A stretch of 64,000 nt of DNA. Origin: Nitrosopumilus sp. (GTDB lineage Archaea; Thermoproteota; Nitrososphaeria; Nitrososphaerales; Nitrosopumilaceae). Location: contig OZ242041.1 of NCBI GenBank assembly GCA_965205215.1, positions 352,001 to 416,000 of the forward strand, given 5' to 3'. Position numbers and translations under genes: made by a program. The number at the start of each line of letters is the position of its first letter. Position 1 is the stretch's first letter. Positions 57,213 through 64,000 of the stretch are shown here, piece after piece. The notes below the pieces were generated by a model. That model worked only from the letters and a program-made list of their open reading frames with translations. It did not search any database and was not told the origin of the DNA.

Positions 57213-58616
57213 ATGCCAGAGGGGCTCTTGCACGGCTGCACGGGACGAGGGCGGTGTCGACAAGAGCGCGGCAGCCGCCCCAAGGCGGCGGCCCCGTTCC
57301 TCGCCGCGGCGGCCCTGCTTCTTTTGCTGGCGCCGTCCCTGCCCTTCGAACCGCCCGGCGCTGACCGGAACGCGGGGCAGTACCTGCAGGCCCCGGCCTG
57401 GCCGGGCGTCATGGCCGGGCACGGCCATGATGATGATGCCTACGTGCAGTCCGCCTCCGCGGCCACCCACGACGGCGAGTATGGCGGCTTTGTCTCGTTT
57501 GGAAAAAAGGTGTTCAGCTGGACCGACACGGTTCACATAACCATAGTGGCGCCCGACCACAACTTTGACTCGAGGGCCGTGGACACCATAGGCGATACCG
57601 AGCACGACCCGATAAAGATCTCCACCAGGGAGGGCACGCTTGAAAGGTACAAGCTGGTCGAGACGGGTCCGAACACTGGCATATTCACCGGAGAGGTCAC
57701 GCTGATCGGATTTGACCACGACGCGGACGGCGACTCGCGGACGGGCGCGGACGGGCGCGGATTTGACAACCCGCAGCGGGAGACCGGCGGCAACGGGCCA
57801 ACCAGCGGCCACATCAAGGCCGGAAGCGACGACGCAATTACGGTCTCCTTCGAGTATACCGACGGCCACACCATAGTGGGCACCGCCCCGATAAGTTGGA
57901 ACATGGGGCAGATAGAGTGGTCCGAGCGGTCATACCCGGCGTCCGGAACCGGGACGGTCAGGGTGATTGATCCCGACATGAACCTGAATCCGAATGCAGT
58001 CAACAGCTTTGAGGTCGACGTGTGGTCGGACTCCGATGCAGGGGGCATCTCGCTTGTCGTAACCGAAAAGTCCGAGTCGTCCGGGATCTTTGAGGGCGCC
58101 GTAACGTTTACCGCTGACGACCGGTCCTCCGGGCACCGGCTGAAGGTGGCAGAGGGCGACATTGTAACTGCAAGCTACAAGGACAACACGCTGCCGAACC
58201 CGTACAGCGAGGCAGACGAGCAGTCGGTCACGGCCGCGTCGCAGATAGGGGCCTTGGTGGCGCCGCTAGACAGGGTAAGGACGTCCGAGCTGAGGATTAC
58301 GGACGGGTTCAACGTCGACATGGGCAGCTCCATATCGGAGGGCCAGCAGGTGCAGGTATCGACAAAGCTGACAAACCAGCAGGAGAGAAAGCAGCAGTTC
58401 GTGTACATCATAGTGGTCAAGGACGCCGAGAGCGGCGCGGTCTCCTCCCTGTCATGGGTGACGGGGCACATGGATGCCGGACAGTCCCTGAGCGTCTCCA
58501 CATCATGGATGCCGGAGGCGGCAGGCCTGTACGACGTCACGGCGTTCGTGTGGGAGTCGCTTGTAAGGCCCAGCGCGCTGTCGCCGCCGTCCCAGATCAT
58601 GGTGACTGTAAACTAG
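57213..58616 (+). CDS. secreted S-layer-like Ig-domain protein
   Basis: Repeated ETGPNTGIFTG / ESSGIFEG and VIDPDMNL motifs; C-terminal QQVQV..SLSW..FVWESL..ALSP domain resembling thaumarchaeal S-layer proteins. Confidence 0.7.
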   Translation: MPEGLLHGCTGRGRCRQERGSRPKAAAPFLAAAALLLLLAPSLPFEPPGADRNAGQYLQAPAWPGVMAGHGHDDDAYVQSASAATHDGEYGGFVSFGKKVFSWTDTVHITIVAPDHNFDSRAVDTIGDTEHDPIKISTREGTLERYKLVETGPNTGIFTGEVTLIGFDHDADGDSRTGADGRGFDNPQRETGGNGPTSGHIKAGSDDAITVSFEYTDGHTIVGTAPISWNMGQIEWSERSYPASGTGTVRVIDPDMNLNPNAVNSFEVDVWSDSDAGGISLVVTEKSESSGIFEGAVTFTADDRSSGHRLKVAEGDIVTASYKDNTLPNPYSEADEQSVTAASQIGALVAPLDRVRTSELRITDGFNVDMGSSISEGQQVQVSTKLTNQQERKQQFVYIIVVKDAESGAVSSLSWVTGHMDAGQSLSVSTSWMPEAAGLYDVTAFVWESLVRPSALSPPSQIMVTVN

Positions 58617-58733
58617 TGGCGCCGTTCGTGCCGTACCGAGGGGGCGGCGTCACGGCGTCCCAGTTCTCCTCTCCCCCCCCCCCCCAAACACGACCAGCGC
58701 TGTTTTTAAATTGGGACGCGTGCGCGTTGCCGC

Positions 58734-60080
58734 ATGGCGGGCAAGTCCAGAAACCGGGACTCATACAACATGATATTTGCAAGGCTGAGGGAGCACCACA
58801 AGTGGTTTGCCGAGTCGATTCCGCTCATAGCGAGCGAGAACATTCCGAGTCCGGCCGTCCGGGAGGCGATCGCAACCGACTTTGGAAACCGCTATGCGGA
58901 GGGCTGGCCCGGCGAGCGGGTCTATGCCGGATGCACCAAGATAGACGAGGTCGAGGTGCAGTGCATGGGCCTTGCAAAGAGGCTGTTCAGGGCCAAGTTT
59001 GCAGACGTGCGCCCCATATCGGGCGTGGTCGCGAACCTGGCCGTGTACTCTGCATTCTCGGATCCCGGAGACACCATGCTTGCGCCCTCGATACCGGCCG
59101 GCGGGCACATCTCGCACGGCAAGAGGGACCACTCCGGCACGGCGGGACTGGTGCACGGGCTTGAGATCGAGTTCTACCCGTTTGACGCGCAGGAGATGAC
59201 GATAGACGTGGACGAGACCAAGAGGCGCGTCAGGAAGCTCGCCTCGAAGAGGGCCGCGAAGGGCAGCGGCAGGCCCAAGATAGCAATGTTTGGCGGTTCG
59301 CTCTTTCTGTTTCCACACCCCGTAAAGGAGCTGGCGGACTTTCTAAAGGGGTACGGCATGCACATAAACTACGACGCGGCCCACGTGGCCGGGCTCATCG
59401 CCGGCTCCAAGTTCCAGGACCCCCTCAGGGAGGGGGCGGACACCATGACGATGAGCACGCACAAGACCCTGTTCGGCCCCCAGGGCGGCCTCGTACTGGG
59501 CGCCGCGGAGCACGAGGAGGCAATAAAAAAGGCGGTGTTCCCGGGCCTGACAAGCAGCCACCACATCAACAACATGGCAGGCAAGGCCGTGGCGTTTGCC
59601 GAGGCCCTGGAGTTCGGCAAAAAGTACGCCGCCCAGGTGATAAGGAACGCAAAGGTCCTGGCAGAGGCCCTGAGCGCCGAGGGGTTCAGGGTGCTGGGCG
59701 AGTCGAGGGGCTTTACCAAGTCGCACCAGATCGCGCTCGACGTCCTAAAGTACTCGGACGGCGGGCGGGTCGAGGCCGACCTGGAGAGGGCCAACATCAT
59801 AGTGAACCGGCAGCTCATACCCGGAGACATCAAGGCAAAGCGCAACTACTTCCGTCCGGGGGGCATAAGGCTGGGCGTCTCAGAGGTGACGAGGCTCGGC
59901 ATGAAGGAGGCCGAGATGGCCGAGATTGCGTCCCTGATACGGCAGGTGGTAATCAACGGGAAGGATCCCAAGAGCATACTCAGAAAGGCAAGGGCGCTCA
60001 GAAAGGGCTACCAGACCGTAAAGTTCTGCTTTCCTGACGGGGCGCGGCGCGGGGCCTACGAGTACGTCAGGCTCAGGTGA
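58734..60080 (+). CDS. glyA: serine hydroxymethyltransferase
   Basis: LIASEN, YAEGWPGERVYAG, GGHISHG, YDAAH, STHKTLFGPQGG. Confidence 0.96.
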   Translation: MAGKSRNRDSYNMIFARLREHHKWFAESIPLIASENIPSPAVREAIATDFGNRYAEGWPGERVYAGCTKIDEVEVQCMGLAKRLFRAKFADVRPISGVVANLAVYSAFSDPGDTMLAPSIPAGGHISHGKRDHSGTAGLVHGLEIEFYPFDAQEMTIDVDETKRRVRKLASKRAAKGSGRPKIAMFGGSLFLFPHPVKELADFLKGYGMHINYDAAHVAGLIAGSKFQDPLREGADTMTMSTHKTLFGPQGGLVLGAAEHEEAIKKAVFPGLTSSHHINNMAGKAVAFAEALEFGKKYAAQVIRNAKVLAEALSAEGFRVLGESRGFTKSHQIALDVLKYSDGGRVEADLERANIIVNRQLIPGDIKAKRNYFRPGGIRLGVSEVTRLGMKEAEMAEIASLIRQVVINGKDPKSILRKARALRKGYQTVKFCFPDGARRGAYEYVRLR

Positions 60081-60125
60081 CTGCCGTTCGCACGTGCAGC
60101 TTGCAGGCTGCCGCGTGACCGTATC

Positions 60126-63100
60126 TCACATGTAGTCGCTGAGCATGAGCTGGTCCCCCTTGCTCTTGCCGAAGACCATCGAGATCTCGTCGGCAAGCAG
60201 GGCTATCCTTCCGCGGTTGTAGCTCCCGATGTCGTACCTTTTGGCCAGGCTCTTTGCAAGCATCAGGTACTTTTCCACGCCCGGCCTCGTTATGTTGGGC
60301 GTCAGCCTTACCCCGCACTGGGCGCACTTGCGCGTCAGCGGGATGCGCCTGAACCGCGTGCCGCATTCGGTGCAGCGGAACTCCTGCCTTGCGTACGCCC
60401 TCAGGTTGCCGGCCATGTCCGGCAGCAGGTGGGTCGTTATGACGTTCAGGGCGGTCTCGTCCGGGCTGACTGCCCTGATCATCTCCGCGTTCTTCAGCTG
60501 CAGGTCAAGCTTGTTGAGCATGGAGCCCAGCACGGAGTACGCGCTGCGCGACCTTGACGTGGTCAGGGTGGACGTCTCGTGGGTGAAGAGGTAGTCGTAA
60601 AACTGCCTCTCCGTGTCCAGCCTCGACTTTATGATCTCAACGGAGTCGACGCTGCCGGCCTTTTCCCTGCGTGCGGCCGACTCGAAGAACTCGAGCGGAA
60701 AGGACCGCGCGACCTCCAGGTTGTGCGCCTGCGGCTGCGACTCGTGGGGCAGTACGAGGGGCTGGACCAGGAGCGGCGCGTCCATCAGTCCGCCTATCCT
60801 CCCCGACAGGAACGCCTTTGAGAAGTTCAGCAGGCAGTCCATCAGCAGCATGATGGAGTCCGCGTCGCCGTCGGCGTCCCGCCGCTTGGCAGAGTGCCAG
60901 TTGGGGGTTGCAAAGCACACGTGCGTCTCGGCAAACCCGATGATTCTGCCCACTATGCCGACTGACGTGTGCGGCGCGAGTCCTATGACCAGATGCCCCG
61001 CCATGTCCTCCACGGCCCTGGCTTTGTAGTACGGCTCTGCGCCGTGAAACTTTGAGAGCAGCGCGTCGACATACTTGGCCGCGGCCAGGAGGTAGCGGCC
61101 GCTCTCGTACGGTATGATTACGTCCTGCATGCGCATCTCTACCAGCTGGTCCGGGTCGGTGAGCGGCCTGCCGTCCATGTCGTGCGTGTAGCCGAGTTCG
61201 CGCAGCCTCTGGACGGGGGTGCCTATCCAGGAGGGCTTGAAGTGGGTAAGCGGGGAGTTCGTCGCGTCAAAGCGCACCGTCCCGTCCTTGAAGACGGTCA
61301 GCCCGAACCCCTGGCGCAGCAGCCCCTTCTCGATGGGCTCGGCCAGCTTGTCCGTCCCTGCAAGCCCCTTGACCCCCTTGAGCGGCTCCTGCGCCCGCAG
61401 TTCCATGCGCTCCTGGGCCTTGAGCAGCTGGGCCCGCAGGGGAAACTCCAGGTTTGCATACAGGACGGTCCTGCGCCCGCACTGGTCGCACTCCTCCAAG
61501 TCAGTCGACGTGCCGCAGCGCGCGCAGCGCCTAGTCTCCACCGACCTTGCGCCGCAGTCGGGGCACGCCAAGCCCAGCGTGACGGCGCCGCAGTCGGGGC
61601 AGCGCCTGTTGCACAGGTCGGCGTAGAAGCGGTCAGAGGCCCTGGACGCCTTTATGATGTCCCTGGTGGAACCGCCCCCCTCGCCCACCGGGAACAGCAG
61701 GTGGGTCGGGGGGGACATCGCCCGGGCGGCGGCCTTTTCGGGCCTGCCTATACGTATGCCGATACACGCCGACGACTTTTTCCTGACGGCAATGCCCGAA
61801 CCTGAGAGTATGTCGAGGACGGTGGCACCGGCGTCGGCATCAATCCGGGGCGGCCTCTTGAGCAGGAGGTTGTAGAGGATCTTGGCCTCGGCGCCCCTCA
61901 GCAGTATGGTGCCGAGTGCGGGCGGGGGCCTTGGGGCCGGGACGAACTCAAAGTCTCCGTTTTTGGCTGCGGGTAAGGCGTCGCTGCCGTTGTCGCCGGG
62001 GCCGTCCTTTTCATGGCGATCTGCGGCGGCCCCGGTGCCGACGCCCCCTTGCCCGGCATGTCCGCCGCCGCCGCCGCCGCCGTCGTCGTCGGCAACAAAC
62101 TCGTGCGGCACGCCCGCCTTTTCAAGCGCCTTCTTCACAATACCGTCGCTGTAGGCGTTGCCGTAGGCAATCTCGGACTCGGATGCCGCGTCGGGTTCCA
62201 AGAGCGCCCCGAGCTCCGCGGGCCGGAGCTCGTCCCAGAAGTGCAGGTACTTGGGGTGCAGGGCCAGTCCAAACTCGAGTGACAGCGAGATGGCCTCGTC
62301 AACCGTAGGGTCTCTGAGCAGAAACTCCTCGAGGCGCCGTATCTTCCCGGAGACGGGCCCGTCAGGCGTCTGCCCACGTTCCTGCTCCCGCTGCAGCAGC
62401 CTCCTCAGCTCCTCGGTCCAGATCTCCCCCACGTAGCCGGATGGCTCCAGCTTGGCGTTGTTCTCTATAAAGTCGCCAAACGAGATCAAGACGTCGCCTA
62501 GGTGCAGAATCTCGGCGATCTGCCCCTTTACCATGATCCCGTGCTCCGTGTCCCTAATCTTGACCACGCTGCCGTCCGCGAGCCGGACCGTGGGCGTCTC
62601 TATCGAGTCTACGAACGCGACCGACGCCCCCTTGCCCGGCATGTCCGTCTTGACCTGGGTGCCGACTGCTATGGTATGGTCCAGAATCTCCGCAATCACC
62701 GGGTGAAACCCGACTGCCGCAAAGCCCGTGTTGCACGCACGCCCGTACCGCAGCCTGAATCCGCCTGGCCTGCCCGGCATGGAGAGCACAGAGCGCCCGG
62801 TGAGCACCTCCCGCATCCTCTTTGCGCCGGCGTCCTCCTTGTCGTCATAGGCGTTGTCGCTGTCGCTGCCGCCCGCGCTCCCGTCCCCCGACTGTACGGC
62901 TCCCTTGAGTTCGGCCAGCCACTCCCAGCCGTCGAGCTTGTAGAGCTCTATGCGCTTGAGAAGCTTCTTGGACCTGCCGATCAGGCCGTCGTTGAGCACG
63001 CGCAGGGCCCCTCCGCGGACCTTCTCGGTCTTGATCCTAGTCATGTTACGGTGGTTTACCACCTCAAAGTCGTCCGTGTCCACCCCGTCCAGCTCGACTG

Positions 63101-63815
63101 GCAGGTTCCGTATCGTGTGCTCTATGTCCTCGTCGTGGACGTGGTACTGAAATCCCAGCCCGTCCCTCTCATAGACCCTGAGCTCCTCTACGAACCTGCC
63201 CGGCTCGTCGTCGTACGACTCGGCCTGGTACCTGTCAAGCCCGACTGCCTTGCGCACGTGGTCCGCAATAAGCATGGTAACGGCCGACTCGGTACCGCCC
63301 GCTGCGCGCATGGGCCCCGCTATGGAGACTGAGAGGTAGCTCGTGCCGTCGCGGTTCTTCTTTATGGATACGGCGCTAATGCCCTCAAGCGGGGCCATGG
63401 TGACCCCCTCCGTAACCACGGCAAGCCCCACCCGGACTGCCAGGTCGATCCTCTCCTCGAGGGGGGCGCCCTCCCTGTGATACTTGCCCAGCGCTATATC
63501 CCTTGAGAGCAAGAGCGCGGAGAGTTCCTTGCCGTTGCCTGCAAGCAGTTCCCGCAGCGGCTCGGCGATCTCAATCTCGTGCATCTTTGAGACGCGATCC
63601 GCCAGATCAAAGGCGATCTTGGGCCCTATCACGTCGTCGGAGTCCGCCCTGCTGCCCTTCTTGGCGGCCGAGGCCCACTCGAGGACCCTCGCAGTCTCCT
63701 TTGAGAGCCGCGTATAGTAGTCTTGGTATGCCTCTGGCATCTCTATGCCCTGCAGCCTGTAGCCGACGTCGTCCAGGGTCATCATTGCGGGGGTCTCAGG
63801 AGGGTCTGCGGCCAA
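60126..63815 (-). CDS. polC: DNA polymerase II (PolD) large subunit DP2
   Basis: AGPMRAAGGT, GGFRLRYGR, GRPEKA, FKDGTVRFDAT, APHTS, KRRDADGDAD, GGLMDAP; C-terminal PIP-like QLMLSDYM. Confidence 0.97.
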   Translation of the reverse strand: MAADPPETPAMMTLDDVGYRLQGIEMPEAYQDYYTRLSKETARVLEWASAAKKGSRADSDDVIGPKIAFDLADRVSKMHEIEIAEPLRELLAGNGKELSALLLSRDIALGKYHREGAPLEERIDLAVRVGLAVVTEGVTMAPLEGISAVSIKKNRDGTSYLSVSIAGPMRAAGGTESAVTMLIADHVRKAVGLDRYQAESYDDEPGRFVEELRVYERDGLGFQYHVHDEDIEHTIRNLPVELDGVDTDDFEVVNHRNMTRIKTEKVRGGALRVLNDGLIGRSKKLLKRIELYKLDGWEWLAELKGAVQSGDGSAGGSDSDNAYDDKEDAGAKRMREVLTGRSVLSMPGRPGGFRLRYGRACNTGFAAVGFHPVIAEILDHTIAVGTQVKTDMPGKGASVAFVDSIETPTVRLADGSVVKIRDTEHGIMVKGQIAEILHLGDVLISFGDFIENNAKLEPSGYVGEIWTEELRRLLQREQERGQTPDGPVSGKIRRLEEFLLRDPTVDEAISLSLEFGLALHPKYLHFWDELRPAELGALLEPDAASESEIAYGNAYSDGIVKKALEKAGVPHEFVADDDGGGGGGGHAGQGGVGTGAAADRHEKDGPGDNGSDALPAAKNGDFEFVPAPRPPPALGTILLRGAEAKILYNLLLKRPPRIDADAGATVLDILSGSGIAVRKKSSACIGIRIGRPEKAAARAMSPPTHLLFPVGEGGGSTRDIIKASRASDRFYADLCNRRCPDCGAVTLGLACPDCGARSVETRRCARCGTSTDLEECDQCGRRTVLYANLEFPLRAQLLKAQERMELRAQEPLKGVKGLAGTDKLAEPIEKGLLRQGFGLTVFKDGTVRFDATNSPLTHFKPSWIGTPVQRLRELGYTHDMDGRPLTDPDQLVEMRMQDVIIPYESGRYLLAAAKYVDALLSKFHGAEPYYKARAVEDMAGHLVIGLAPHTSVGIVGRIIGFAETHVCFATPNWHSAKRRDADGDADSIMLLMDCLLNFSKAFLSGRIGGLMDAPLLVQPLVLPHESQPQAHNLEVARSFPLEFFESAARREKAGSVDSVEIIKSRLDTERQFYDYLFTHETSTLTTSRSRSAYSVLGSMLNKLDLQLKNAEMIRAVSPDETALNVITTHLLPDMAGNLRAYARQEFRCTECGTRFRRIPLTRKCAQCGVRLTPNITRPGVEKYLMLAKSLAKRYDIGSYNRGRIALLADEISMVFGKSKGDQLMLSDYM

Positions 63816-64000
63816 TCACGGGCCACCCGTTCCGTCGCTGCGGCTGCCGTTGCGGCTGCCTCCAATCGCGCCGGTAATCTCCCCGAGCCTCCGCTCGCCC
63901 TCCGCCGAGTCGCCACCCTCGACTAGGGTTCCCACCACGAGTGCGTCTGCCCCCGCATCCGCCAGCGCGGCCGCCGTTGCGGCGTCCCTGATGCCGCCGC
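63816..64000 (-). CDS. geranylgeranylglyceryl phosphate synthase, 3' end (partial)
   Basis: GGIRDAATAAALADAGADALVVGTLVE...* matches the GGGPS/PcrB C-terminal motif. Confidence 0.75.
   Translation of the reverse strand, partial: GGIRDAATAAALADAGADALVVGTLVEGGDSAEGERRLGEITGAIGGSRNGSRSDGTGGP

Noticed and set aside
60126-63815. Intein in DP2
   Set aside because: Catalytic-region motifs are contiguous; no splice-junction or LAGLIDADG motifs.
1-64000. CRISPR array, rRNA, reverse transcriptase/DGR
   Set aside because: No regularly spaced repeats, rRNA-like segments or RT motifs found by eye.

Overview
High-GC archaeal DNA from an ammonia-oxidising Thaumarchaeon (Nitrosopumilaceae, possibly a Cenarchaeum-like host-associated lineage; the lineage is inferred). 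Markers are aIF-2 alpha/gamma, Nop10, rpS6e, PriS/PriL, PolD DP2, a CdvB/ESCRT-III paralogue, GGGP synthase and a GPN GTPase. Most of the window is core metabolism: two anaerobic cobalamin blocks (cbiG-cbiX-cbiC/cbiA/cobO and cbiT...cbiL-cbiF), cysH-sat, AcnX (phosphomevalonate dehydratase-like), queC/folE/queE, glyS, glyA, nfo, nth and tRNA-Gly(CCC). Two complete IS elements have readable terminal inverted repeats and target duplications: an ISH3-like element at 40135-41460 and a single-ORF IS66 at 54334-55984. The most unusual items are: (i) a lower-GC ~2.4 kb insert between cbiT and cbiL made of ATGA-coupled small membrane ORFs, including a tandem paralogue pair; (ii) a MurI-like racemase with Ser at both catalytic Cys positions; (iii) a stand-alone DNA methyltransferase inside the preQ0 cluster, plus a second orphan Dam-like MTase; (iv) microsatellite-derived low-complexity insertions in essential proteins; (v) two micro Zn-finger ORFs missed by the ORF track. 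No CRISPR array, rRNA or intein was seen. All calls come from reading motifs by eye, without database searches.
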